Assembly (NCBI RefSeq): GCF_006345805.1
Contig: NC_043008.1
Location: forward strand, 744,001 to 808,000
Source of the DNA: Octopus sinensis
Lineage: Eukaryota
Length of the DNA: 64,000 nucleotides
Direction of reading: 5' to 3'
The notes under the pieces are model-generated. The model saw nothing but the letters and a program-made list of their open reading frames with translations, made no database searches and was not told the DNA's origin. A program made the position numbers and the translations under genes. Every line of letters begins with the position of its first letter. Positions within the stretch are counted from its first letter, which is position 1. Of this stretch, positions 50,795-64,000 are shown one piece after another.

Positions 50795-51669
50795 GACAGA
50801 CTCTAAACAGTACCTACCCTTTGATTCATGCCACCCACGACACACTAGAATGAATGTCCCTTTTTGTTTAGCTAGAAGGATTTGCACCATAAATCAGACA
50901 CAAACACCCGACACACACCTCCAGGAACTTAGAACCACACTCACAAATAGAAACTATCCACAGCCCCTAATAGACAGTGCAATCCAACGGGTGCTTAAAT
51001 TAAGTATAGAAGACTGAGACAAACAAAACCAAAAAAGAAAGAACAATTAAAAACCCTTCCCTACTTCTACACAAACCCACTCAACAATGAGGCCTTCAAC
51101 ACATACTACAAAGCACAGTGCTACTAAGGGAGACCCAAAGATGAACCGGATCCTCGAAACACACACCATCATTAAAAGTAAACGGCAACCAAAATCCTTG
51201 AAAAGGATTTTAACCCAAGCTACACTGCACTCAACATCAACCACAAAACCAGCAGTTAGAAAATGTGGAAGGCCCAACTGCGGAATCTGTGTCATCTTGA
51301 AAGAAGGATCAGAATTTATACTGGAGCAAGGCCACCAGTTCACCATTAGAACAAACTTCACCTGCGCATCAGAAAACTTAATTTACGTCATAACATGCGC
51401 AGGCTGCAATAGGCAGTATATAGGCCATACAAAAAATAGCTTACGTAACAGGATGGCGGTGCAAAATCACAAATTAGAAACCCTGATTACCGCAAAATAC
51501 CGGTCAGCGGACACATAGATAGATGTGCTGGAAATGTAAATCCGAAATTTACACTAACCCGCTCTATAAATTCAGTGACAACGCAACCTTCACACAACGC
51601 CAAAATAAAGAACTATATTTCATAAAAAAATTTAGACCAAGTTTAAACACCCTGGGCCAGGAATACTAA
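50787..51669 (+). mobile_element. 5'-truncated Penelope-like (Neptune-type) element: RT thumb plus GIY-YIG endonuclease
   Basis: YKPTDSKQYLPFDSCHP..VPFCLARRIC..NYPQPLI..KCGRPNCGIC..FTCASENLIYVITCAGCNRQYIGHT..LRNR..GHIDRC..ELYFIKKFRPSLN; few stops and frameshifts. Confidence 0.93.
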
Positions 51670-51834
51670 AACAAAAGATAAGTCCTCCGAAAGGGAGAAG
51701 CGGGGTTCCACCACGGCCGCTGCTTCAAACAGACACTCACTCTGACGGAAATATGCCTTAGTAAAAAAGGGAAAAAAATTATTTCGTGCAAATCTGACCC
51801 TGATACATACGATACAGCTAAGGGTCAGACCCGA

Positions 51835-52305
51835 TTCTGATTGGTCAACAAGTTGATGACGTCTAGCTCTGCTAGAATGGACAGGATACAAACAGGGGAC
51901 AGTCATTAGTCAGAATATTGATGACGTCCTTTTCTGCTTGAATAGTCACCTAACAAGTACAGACAGGGGGCAGATCTAATGTAGCTATAAGTCGTGATTG
52001 GGCAGAATCTGGATGACGTCCCGCTCTGCTTGACTAACGAAGCGACTGGTCAAAACAGGAAACAAACAAGAGGCAGATATAATGCAGCGATTGGTCAAAA
52101 TAATGATGACGTCCCGTTCTACTTGACTAACGAAGCGACTGGTCAAAACAGATAACAAACAAGAGGGAGTTATAATGCAGCGATTGGTCAAAATAATGAT
52201 GACGTCCCGTTCTACTTGATTAAAGCCACCTAACGAAACGATTGGTCAAAACATTGATGACGTCACGCTACGCTAGATTGACCACCTAACAGGCATTATA
52301 AAACC
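51835..52305 (+). promoter_or_regulatory. Array of six ATTGG-N12-TGACGTC modules upstream of a TATA box (probable PLE pseudo-LTR promoter)
   Basis: TGACGTC at 51857, 51922, 52014, 52107, 52200, 52258, each 12 nt after ATTGG (ATTAG once); TATAAAA at 52297. Confidence 0.6.
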
Positions 52306-52646
52306 GAGCATTTCACAAAAACTCACTAGAACCACCCAGCGAACTTCCACCATGGGTCATCACAATCAAATGCTTAGGTAAATGAATTCCTCGCTCTTTC
52401 GGAAACATCAATCTTCTGTATTGACCGCTTTCCACCACTTTGATCTGTTTTTTGTATTGAATACGTATCGCCACCGTGGGTCACTGCATCGAACACTTTG
52501 AACATATACTTCAAACTATATATCAACTATACATGAACTATATATCAACTATACATGAACTCTAAGATGTCTGACTCCGTTGTGTATTATAAATGAATTT
52601 CTTGATTTTGACGGCATGAGCTGTCTTTTTTTATATATAACTTTTT

Positions 52647-52680
52647 TTGATAAGGTTCATTTCAGGAACTGAAACATGTT
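52647..52680 (+). ncRNA. Degenerate hammerhead-like motif at the distal end of the PLE 3' region
   Basis: ttgataa-ggttc-atttcag-gaact-gaaa-catgt-t, with palindromic stem III ACAUGU. Confidence 0.4.
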
Positions 52681-53902
52681 ATAATGTATATATAAAAATT
52701 AAAAATTGTATAATACAGCAGCATTTTCGAACTTCATTTTTTACAAATATATATATATATATATGTATATGTATACATATATATGTACATATATGTATGT
52801 ATACATTTTGCTCTTGTTTCTGATTTGAGCTAGAGGGTGTAGCTATACTGGAGCACCATCTTTATAGATAGATAGTTATGCATTCAGTATTTATATAAAA
52901 ACACACACATATCTATATATATACAGTTTTATTTTCCGTTCGATATAAAACACAGTCGCTTTATTTGGCATTTAGAATGGAAGAGTCTATTGACATCCAT
53001 GCAGTGCAGTTTGAATGAAGGTACAAAGAAAACTTTAGAAAAATAAAAACACAAAATCTAGCTCCAACCAACGATATTCCGGGTTCAAGTTTTGTCGAAT
53101 ACTGGAGATCGATTTAATCGAGAGTCCATTCCTAGAACATATTTGACCTCGGCTTTTGTTTTATCATAACATCTTACAAATGTATGAATCATTACTTTGC
53201 TTATAGAAAAAGATATCATCTAATACACACACATATAAGTACGTATGACTGCATGTGTATGTGTATGTGTGTGCACATGTTACACTCCCTCATATACAGA
53301 CATTCCCCCCACCACACACCATCGCTGCTATCCTTTCTCTTTTACTCAATCTTCCAGTCAAATGGCACTGACTTGATTTACAACCACTTCTTTCCAGCGT
53401 AGATTCTTTGACGAAGCTACAAGTCCGTCTTTAGGGATAGTAAATATTTTGGCTGACTATGAAAAGTGGAGAAAGTTTATATTGAAGTTGCTTCACCTGG
53501 ATTAGTCAGTTTTATGATCCATGTAGGATTGATGTTCTCTCGTATAATAGCGAGAGGTCGTTCGATAAATAGCAGCCGACTTCATTTACATATCAATCGT
53601 AGTTTTCTGCTAGATGTCTCATACTCAACCGATTTATCCAAGAAGACGAACAAATTTATTGTCTCCACAGCAATGTTTCTTCGTTTCATTGTCACTATCA
53701 AATAATTTTATGTTGCACGAGAACAAATAGATGGTACCATTGTCATGGACATAAAAGGAACGCATCTCCTTTGTTCTCACGCGCATTTACACACACTGCT
53801 ACACACAGTTACACGTACGCGTCATTCCGCTTTCTCAGGCAGGCTTTCAATATACACATACATACATGCATACATACATACATACAAACACACACACACA
53901 CA

Positions 53903-53929
<27 letters not shown>

Positions 53930-53943
<14 letters not shown>

Positions 53944-54402
53944 CATACAAACATACATGCATACATATATATATATATATATATATACATACATACACGC
54001 ATCGACAGTTACGTACACATAATGTAATATCCTCACACGTGTACGTGCATGCTTTTACACACTCGCCAAATTTGGCATGCAAACGTGCATTCTTCATGCA
54101 CCTACATACACACGTACAATCACTCATACACACACAACTCGTACGTGCAATCAATCTTTCTCTCCACTCACACACGCACACAAACGCACTCACACACAAA
54201 CACAAACACACACACAAACACACACACCACACACACACACACACACAACACACACACACACATACACATTGCCACGTACATATAGTTGCTTTCAATCATG
54301 CATGCATGCTCTCCATCATACAATCATACAAGCATTATTTCACTCTGATATACGCACACGCACACTATCACGCATACACTCACTAACACATAATGTTTTT
54401 CG

Positions 54403-54450
<48 letters not shown>

Positions 54451-54485
54451 CATACAAACATACATGCATACATACATACATACAA

Positions 54486-54518
<33 letters not shown>

Positions 54519-55087
54519 CATACAAACATACATGCATACATATATATATATATATATACATACAAACATACATGCATACATATATATATATATACATACA
54601 AACATACATGCATACATATATATATATATACATACAAACATACATGCATACATATATATATATATACATACATACACGCATCGACAGTTACGTACACATA
54701 ATGTAATATCCTCACACGTGTACGTGCATGCTTTTACACACTCGCCAAATTTGGCATGCAAACGTGCATTCTTCATGCACCTACATACACACGTACAATC
54801 ACTCATACACACACAACTCGTACGTGCAATCAATCTTTCTCTCCACTCACACACGCACACAAACGCACTCACACACAAACACAAACACACACACACACAA
54901 ACACAAACACACACACACACATACACATTGCCACGTACATATAGTTGCTTTCAATCATGCATGCATGCTCTCCATCATACAATCATACAAGCATTATTTC
55001 ACTCTGATATACGCACACGCACACTATCACGCATACACTCACTAACACATAATGTTTTTCGCACACACACAAACACACACACACACA
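53930..55087 (+). repeat. Tandem duplication (offset 679 bp) of a CA/TA-rich unit with an internal ~30-bp minisatellite
   Basis: atcgacagttacgtacacataatg at 54001 and 54680, with identical downstream unique text. Confidence 0.9.
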
Positions 55088-55469
55088 ACCCCCGTTCTCC
55101 CCCCCCTCATTCCATTAGTAAGAAAGGACACATTAGTCATTGATCTTGCACCTAAATCAAGCAAAGAAAGAGCTTCCAGCTAAATCTCCCTGAAATCACT
55201 CACACTTTACAATGTAAGGAAAATATATTGGATAATATGGTCCCGAATTTCCTGTACAACGGAAGCAAATGGATTGATCACGGATGGAATGTCTTTCATC
55301 ATAGATTTGCTCGATCTTGGTGAACTTGTGGCTAAGAGCAACAACATATTCTTACAAAGAGGTGATGGTCTTTGATCAGCTATTAATGATAACAATAAAT
55401 AAACATTAACATCGTCACACATCCTCTAAGTATCAACTGAGTGCGAGGCAGTGAGCAGGCAAGTTGGTT

Positions 55470-55620
55470 GGTCGGTTGGTGCATTGGGCAGAATGCTTAG
55501 TGACACTTCTGCTAGCTTTTCAGTTTGTGAGTTCAAATTCCGCTGAGGTCGGCAAAATAAGTACGAGCTAAGTATTGAGGCCGATGTCCCCCCAAAATGC
55601 TGACCTTGCGCTAATATTTC
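55470..55620 (+). mobile_element. Degenerate SINE family B
   Basis: gaatgcttag..gagttcaaattccgctgaggtcggc. Confidence 0.6.
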
Positions 55621-56319
55621 AAATCACCTTTTAAGAAGATATTAAAAGTATATCAGTTGATAGAATATCAGGTGATAGAATAGGTGTCAGTTAATAGAGC
55701 CATAGTAAAGAGGTGTTTCTCTTCATTTTGACTTCAATCTCGAGTAACACCAGTTTTTACTTTCTTACGGTAGTTATCGATAATCGAAGTATCACTAATA
55801 TGATATTGATGATGGTGGCCGCGTCTGTGTTTAGGTATCATCGTTGGTATTGTTCCATAATACTTCGTCTAGGCATTCTTTTACTTATATTTTCTTACTC
55901 GTTTCAGCTATGCAGCTGCGGTTATGCTGGAACACCAACGTGGGGTATATTTAAAATAAGTGAACTTGCCTTTTCGTCTAAAACACGATGCAATCATCCG
56001 CACTTAACCGGGCTGTTTTCTGTTCAAATCAGTTCGCAATCGATTTTGCCTTTCACCTGTCTGGGACCGATAAAACAAAGTATCAATTATATACGGAACA
56101 TCACTTTTATGGACTAAATGTTAACCTTACAAAATATGTTGCTCCTGCGGATGTCTTCAGATATCATTATTAATCGTATTTTTTTATATTTGTTTTGCTT
56201 TTGTTTAGTTGCCCCAAATGTGAAAACGCAAATAAAGAATTCGTATTTTTCTCTTCCGACATTGTATCGATAATTTTATTTTGTAATAGAAAATTATTAA
56301 ATCCGTTATTACGAATTCA

Positions 56320-57095
56320 CGTGGCGTGCGCGCAGAATTATTAGCACGTGGTCAAAATGCCTAGTGGCAGGTCTTCCTATTCTTTACGTCATAGGTTCAA
56401 ATTCCGCTGAGGACGGCTTTGCATTGAAATAAGTACCAGTTGAGCACTAGCATCGTCGTAATTGATTAGCCGCTTCCCCGGAATTTTCAGATCATTTACC
56501 TAAACTTTATAAAGGATTATTATGATTATATAAGTTGAGTATTATCATTGATGTTTTTCATTTGATTGTTGTGATTAGAGGATATTGTGATACTGGTAGT
56601 TTTGCAGGTCTGTAATTGTTTTGGTGAAGGCGGCAAGCTGGCAGAATCGTTAGTACCCCGGAGAAAATGCTTAGCAGCATTTCATTCGTGTGCACGTTCT
56701 GAGTTCAAATTCTTTTCGAGGTAGACTTTCTCTTTCGTCGTTTTAGCGTCGATAAAATAAGTACCAGTTGAATACTGAGGTCGATATAATCGACTTAACT
56801 CCATTCACCAATCTTGCTGGTCTTGTGAGAAAATTTTGAAATCATTATCATCGGATACTGTTGTAATGTTGGCAGTTTTGGAAGTCAATAACTGTTTTGG
56901 TGAAGGCGGCGAAGCGGCAAAATCTTTAGCACACTGGACATAATGCTTCGTGGCATTTCGTCTGAGTTCAAATTCCGCCGAGATCGAATTTGCCTTACAT
57001 TTTTTTTGTGGTCCATAAATTAAGTACCAGTTGCTTACTGGGGTCGATGTAATCGATTTAGCCCCCTCCGCCGAAATTGTTGACCTTGTGTCAGC
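56320..57095 (+). mobile_element. Cluster of three SINE family B copies (~56320-56510, 56625-56840, 56905-57095)
   Basis: Each has g(a/g)ttcaaatt and aagtaccagttg..gtcg..taat motifs. Confidence 0.8.
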
Positions 57096-57444
57096 CTCTG
57101 AAACTAGCAATTGTCTTGGTGGTCGTGGTAGTGAAAGGGCTCGAGACGGTGGCGGATGGCGAAGTAGATTCGTATAATTGTTTCCATAACTTTCAATTAG
57201 TTTTTCTGTTGTAAAACGCCACCTTCGTTCTGACATGTATTTAATTTGTCTTCGCTGGCATCGGAAACAAAATAGTTGGCTTCATTCTATTAACTAATCC
57301 AACACACACAACTCACCGCCTGTATTTTTCTGTTCTCGTCTCCGCCTCTCTTTTTCTTCTTTTCCTCTTATCCTATTATGGAGTGCTTTACACCTTGCAA
57401 ACATCAACTGATCTTAAACTCTCTGTCCTCACTCTATCTCACTT

Positions 57445-57502
<58 letters not shown>

Positions 57503-58389
57503 ACACAGAAACGCTGACTTTTTTCTATCACATATTTTTTCTTTTATTCCTCTCTTTCTTCAGGATATTTTTGCTTGTCTTATTTTTATTTTCTTACTCT
57601 CTCTTAATACCTCATAGCAATTCTTTTACGCCCTTCTCTCACACTTTCCCTCTCTATTGTCAATTTTCTCCTTTTCTATATACATTTTCGTTTTTTTTAT
57701 TTTCTTGCTTTCTTCCTTCGCGAATCTGGCGAAAGAACAAACTAAATATATAACCGCCATTCAACCTGGTCTGTTCCTGTCATAGTTATATATAAAGGAA
57801 GGAAAATAAAAATAAAGCAGAAAATCAGAAAAGCAATAAACATAGAAAACAGTTTATTGAACATAGTCGCCAAGTTTTCTTCCATTTCAATATTCGAAAT
57901 ATCTTTTTAAAACAAACTACAGCGTAATTACTTGAGGGCGTTCTTGAAACCTGAAACTTTTATTACAAACGGTGCAATTTAAAAGCCCGTTATCATGCTT
58001 TGATTAGCACTATAGTGACATCACCACTTCATCGATTCATTGATATTCTTCCACATTTGTATACGACTAATTGATGCCAAAAAACACCAGCAGAAATCAT
58101 TGCCAAATCATGAAGGTCAGCACTGTCGAATCCTGGCTGGCACTGAGAAGGGTAATTACTTGGCAATTAGACAGGCGGTCTAAATATCTGCCTGTGTAAG
58201 AAATAGCTTGTTAGAAGGAAATAATTGCCAGTTCAGAAACATCTGTCTTTCTAAGGAAACTTGCGATATACGTATTGCTCATCATTATATTTCCTAATAT
58301 CGCCACTTACTTGAAACAATCTCTTATGAAATAATATGTCGCGAATACCTGCTCTCTACAAATTAAATCCAAGCAGATATTTGGAGGTG

Positions 58390-58395
58390 TGTATG

Positions 58396-58429
<34 letters not shown>

Positions 58430-58439
58430 TGTATGTATG

Positions 58440-58470
<31 letters not shown>

Positions 58471-58831
58471 GCATGTATGTATGTATGGATATATGTATGT
58501 ATGTATGTATGCATGCATGTATGTATGTATGTATGTATGTATGTATGTATGTATGTATGTATGTATGTATGTATGTATGTATATAAGCATCTATGTATGT
58601 ATGCATGTATGCATGTATGCATGTATGTATGTACGTATGTATATATGTATGTATGTATGTATGTATGTAAGCATCTATGTATGTATGCATGTATGCATGT
58701 ATGTATGTACGTATGTATATATGTATGTATGTATGTCTCTCTCTCGCTCTCTCTCGAAAACATATTTCATAATAATAAGATATATATTATGTATAAACAT
58801 ACATATATAAAGACACACATATTTATATATG

Positions 58832-58895
<64 letters not shown>
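58390..58895. repeat. (TATG)n and (TA)n arrays
   Basis: Direct reading. Confidence 0.95.
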
Positions 58896-58901
<6 letters not shown>

Positions 58902-59215
58902 ATATATCTGTCAGTCTATTATAAGGTGGCTTATTTGCAATTTACAACCAGAAGACACAAATATAGACGTTACTAAGATGACCAAGGGTGCTAGTGAGCA
59001 TCAACATTGCTAGAAATAAGAGTCAGAACAACACTTAGGCACGGGGAAGCACTTAATTTGTAAATAGTGAATACGCCACCTTAATAATGCCTAATTTATA
59101 ATAAAGAATGGCCCCTTAAAAGGTGATGACATCGGCGGATCTCCACCATGGCTGCAACTATTGGCTGAAACGTATAAAAGAATAAAATAATAATAACAAT
59201 AATAATAATAATAAT

Positions 59216-59310
<95 letters not shown>

Positions 59311-59661
59311 ATGAAACACGTGACAACTGTTGTAGAACGGTGAATCCTTTGTAGAATTGTGCAGCAAATAAGAAGGTCTTATAAGTGGTGCACTTGCTAT
59401 TCGGTGGTGCAAAATAGTGTGGTGCAACATTTCTTGGGTGTTGCATCTCGTATAGAATGGAACAGAACATAAAAGTGTCGCAGTACATATGAAGCATTGC
59501 ATTTTCTACACGATTTAAAATTTAGGGAGAATAAACTAGCGCAGGGCATGTGAAGATGTGCAGCTTTTAGGACATAGAGTAACAATATAAGCTATTGAAG
59601 TTAATATCGGGTATTGGGTCTCCTGTAAAATGGTGTAACGGATAGTGGTGCGACCAATATC

Positions 59662-59916
59662 GACTGACAATGCACAGCATGGCTTCTGTCCAAGAAGAAG
59701 CTGCCTCATAGCTCCTACAGCACTGTGACTGGATTTTGAAACAGCTACTTGACCATTCAAATGTCAGTGTGATATACATTGACTTTGCAAATAAGTTTGA
59801 TAAGGTAGATCATGGCATGATAAATCATAAGCTACGAGACCTTGGCATTGCTTATAAACCGGGAGAGTGACAGGATGACTTCCTTAAAAAAGAGAAGTCA
59901 GGTAGTTGCAGCCAAT
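59662..59916 (+). pseudogene. CR1/L2-group LINE RT fragment
   Basis: QHGFCPRRSCL..LLQHCDW..VIYIDFANKFDKVDHGM..KLRDLGI..DFLKKRSQVV matches QHGF..RSC..QLL..DVIYLDFAKAFDKVDH. Confidence 0.85.
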
Positions 59917-60959
59917 CTTCGGATTTCTTTGATTAATAATTTTATTTTGGAAAAGCCCCTTAGTCACTCAATATTTGAAAAAACTAGTTTTATAGAAACG
60001 TCTTCTAAAATTCCTATTTTGCTTTTCACACATTAACTTGTGTAAATTGAACTACATAAAACATTAGAAAAAGAAGCCTAGCTGTTTTTAGCAATACATA
60101 CATCTAATGCCAAATTTTTTCAGGGTCCCTTAAATACTATGGTGGATCTCCCATTTTACTGCTTTGTTGCATGGACACCCGCTCCCCAAATCTTAAATTG
60201 ACCTTCAGGGCTCATATGAACCCCAGTTGCTCTAGATCTATCCTTTTCAGAAATATTTCGAGTGTACGTTATCTAATGCGACCGTTATTATTTGAGATGA
60301 CAAGCAGTGAATTAAGGGATGTTTTGAATGCTATTTTTAGTAGTTTAACTCTATCACATTGAGTCTCCTTCGTTAAACTCACATTTAGCGTGATCGAGAA
60401 AACCTTTGGAAAAAGCATTCTGGCTTTGACCATTCCGTTTCTATTAACTTCGTGCATAAATCCTATTATTCAATATACGTAAGACTCTCGTTATCCAAGT
60501 GTCTATCTCTTATCTAAAGTAATTTCAGTGAAATTTGAACGCTATTTCTAGCATGGTGAGTGACTTGCTAGACTCCCACTCATTAGTTATATATCAATAA
60601 TAGCGAAGAAGATTGTTTCACGTTGTTAAATTGAGCATAGTCATCTTGATACTATACAAAATCCCTTTAAGTAATATTGAATTCAAAATGCCCAAGCTGC
60701 TTAGTCAATCCAAAGTTATGTGCCCAGTCGCTGACTTCATTTCTATATAAACAAACAACGTATGTCGTGTAATATTTTCCTAATCTATTAGAATTCTTCA
60801 GAGAAATTCATTTAATCATCTTATTTGCTTTCCAAACCCCACCCCACAAAAACTGATAAAGTACATAAAAGGCTGCTCATTACAATAAACATACAACACC
60901 ATAACACCAACTTACAAATCTTTTCATTGTTTTAGTATCTAATTTTGTGTTCCTTGCTG

Positions 60960-61205
60960 CTGCTGTTTTTGTCCCTCTTCTTCTTTTCCTTCTTCTTCAT
61001 CTTTTCTTCTTCTTCTTCTTCTTCTTCTTCTTCTTCTTCTTCTTCTTCTTCTCCTCCTCCTTCTTCTTTCCTTCTTCCTTTTCCACTTCCTCTTCATTCC
61101 CTCGCTGCTGCTGTTCTTCCTCTTCTCGTCGTCCTCCTCTCCTACGTGTTCCTGCTGCTGCTTTTTTTGTTGTTGTTTTTCTTCTTCTTCTTCTTCTTCT
61201 TCTTC
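60960..61205 (+). repeat. Degenerate (CTT)n tract
   Basis: Direct reading. Confidence 0.9.
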
Positions 61206-61761
61206 TCCAAGAAACGAACCCATTTCTGATATTATTTTCTTTTGTCTTTGCAGAACTTTTAACGTTAATTTGAGAGAACAATTTTGGCTCTAAATTAAAT
61301 GGCAAAATAAGACTCCAACATTTAAGAAGACAATTCAAATTCAAATCTCACCCCTCGCTCTACCCCACAAAAGGATAAATATTAAGAAAACAAAAGAAAA
61401 AATCCAGCATACTAGCAATTCTCTCAGAAACCTTAGACTCTAATTCTCAACATCAACGTGAAATTTTCTTTTGTTTTAGCAGCGACGAAACTTTTGGTAA
61501 ATTCTTGTTTGAAGAACAAATTTGCAATTCTGCTAGCTTTCCTGTAAATGTTTTATGTCGAGGAAATTGATCAGAACTTCAAATTTATTCTTCAAACAAC
61601 AATTTAACAACTAATTCTTATTCCTGAATTCCCCGAATTTGCAAAACAGGCGCCACCAATGTTTGTCGCTGAGCGGCTGGATGTTAAGTAACGGAATTAT
61701 TGGTGTCAGTAGCGGAAATAGAGATATTCCTGTTGTTGTTGCTGTAGATGTTATTGTTATT

Positions 61762-61792
<31 letters not shown>

Positions 61793-61802
61793 TTATTATT
61801 AC

Positions 61803-61864
<62 letters not shown>

Positions 61865-62103
61865 CAGTTCTTCTTCTTCTTCTTCTTCTTCTGTTTTTTA
61901 TCGTCTGTTCTGCATAAATTTCGTCGATCTAGCCAACAGGCATTACACTTAACCGTAAGTGCGTGTATTTGTGTCTGAATACATACATATATGAATACAC
62001 AAACACACACAAGCACACACACACACACACACATATGTTTATATATATATAAACATATATACACATACATATATATATATATATACATATATACATATAT
62101 ATA

Positions 62104-62134
<31 letters not shown>

Positions 62135-62178
62135 TATATACACACACACGTGAATATATATATTATATATATATATAT

Positions 62179-62259
<81 letters not shown>

Positions 62260-62448
62260 CACACATATGCGTATATATATCGGTATTGTATATCAGATTT
62301 TCGAATGTAAATCATAATTAATGCTTCTTTACCTATGCGACACACAGGACATATGTATATATATAGTATGTTAATAGCGATATATACATAAGCATATACA
62401 TATATGTATTTCTCTCTCTTCTCTCTGTCTCTCTCTCTTAAACACTCT

Positions 62449-62484
<36 letters not shown>

Positions 62485-63263
62485 CATACCACACATTAGT
62501 TAACTAAACGTGCACATGACCGCGCCACCAACACCATGTGAGAATTGCTATAAGACAAAAATAACGTAATAAATTGAAGAAAACGCAAAAGATATTATTC
62601 CAGGAAAAAAAAAGCAAAGTAATGCCACACAGAAAATAAATATAAGGTAATGTAAGAAAATAGAGTTTTCGTCAATGGATAAAATAAAATATAAAGAAGA
62701 CTGGCAGGAAACCAATGTGAAAACAAACCTGTCAAAATGGCGAGGTGTCATGGAAGACAACTATTTTGCTAAGTTGAGGTTTGCAGACGCCTCTTTCCAA
62801 TTTACTATTACAATACAAGTATCCGAGAGAGGAAGTTGGTCATTGTGAATTTATATCATCTCTTACTAAAAATCGGTCTATACTTTTCTGAATAATAAAT
62901 TAACTAAAGACAAAAATAAGGAAAATAAATGAAGAATTGATATATAAAAGTAAAAATAACAAAAGTTGATAAGCAAGTACTTAACGACGTTCATTTTAGC
63001 TGCAATAGGAAAATCAAAATAAATTGAAGAAGTCTGTAGTGGCATACGAAATTATATTCGGGAAGAAATTAATAGAAACCGCCTTGCCTCGCTGCAATTA
63101 AAACAATGCATTGGAAACTGATACGTTGCTACGACACAGACACACAGACACACACACACACACACACACACGTACGCAAACTGGCACATGCAAACACGCA
63201 CATGCAGACACACAAATATCATATGTGCGTGAGTATATAAATGTGTGCGTATAATATATATAC

Positions 63264-63294
<31 letters not shown>

Positions 63295-63364
63295 CATATA
63301 TATATACACACACACATATATATATATACATACATACTACATACACACACATACATATATACAT

Positions 63365-63395
<31 letters not shown>

Positions 63396-63451
63396 ATACA
63401 TATATGTATGCTTATGTATGTATCGCTATTTACACATGTATATACACATGT

Positions 63452-63490
<39 letters not shown>

Positions 63491-63522
63491 TATGTACATA
63501 TATATATATACATATATATGTA

Positions 63523-63596
<74 letters not shown>

Positions 63597-63714
63597 TGTG
63601 CGTGTGCGTCTGTATAATTGTGTACGTACAGAATATAAATAAACTCAAAATAAACAACGACCTCATCAATGAGACGTATGCAGAAATAACAGGAACTGCA
63701 GCTATGAAAACACT

Positions 63715-63815
63715 GAATAAAAACAATAAAGATAACAGAAATAATAATAATATAAGTAGTAGTAGTAGTAGTAGTAGTAATAATAATAATAATAGCAATA
63801 ATAATAATAATAATG

Positions 63816-63846
<31 letters not shown>

Positions 63847-63878
63847 CAACAACAACTATAATAATAATAATAATGATA

Positions 63879-63947
<69 letters not shown>

Positions 63948-63960
63948 GTGGTGAGAATAA
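63715..63960 (+). repeat. Compound triplet array AAT-AGT-AAT-AAC-AAT-GAT-GGT
   Basis: Direct reading. Confidence 0.92.
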
Positions 63961-64000
63961 CGACCAACAATAACAATAAATCTACTTGAAATCAGAAGCG

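Noticed and set aside
51835-52290. CRISPR-like repeat-spacer array
   Set aside because: Eukaryotic context, the spacers are homologous to each other, unit lengths are irregular and there are no cas genes
61480-61496. 17-nt micro-exon candidate (ttttag|cagcgacgaaacttttg|gtaaat)
   Set aside because: Such splice-like pairs are common in AT-rich DNA and there is no neighbouring exon to link it to

Overview
AT-rich, microsatellite-saturated animal genomic DNA. The SINE families and repeat load suggest a coleoid cephalopod such as Octopus; this is inference from memory, not a database result. No host protein-coding exon could be identified with confidence, so the window looks like a large intron or intergenic region. 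Almost all long ORFs in the supplied track are translations of simple repeats. The recognisable content is transposon debris. There are about 30 copies of at least two tRNA-derived SINE families and four fragments of R4/Dong-type (RLE) LINEs, two of them in tandem inside an (AAT)n tract. There is one Tx1/L1-type and one CR1-type RT fragment, three Penelope-like (PLE) RT/GIY-YIG fragments with degenerate hammerhead-like motifs and a CCAAT/CRE promoter array, plus Tc1 and pogo relics, MITEs and a Gypsy gag knuckle. Several local duplications are present, one spanning a 100-N gap and probably an assembly artefact. The most notable observation is a decayed C-terminal-endonuclease PLE on the minus strand at about 45.5-46.6 kb. 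It has TGA, TAA and TGA exactly at three conserved cysteines of the GIY-YIG region, a pattern suggesting an ancestral selenocysteine-encoding retroelement.
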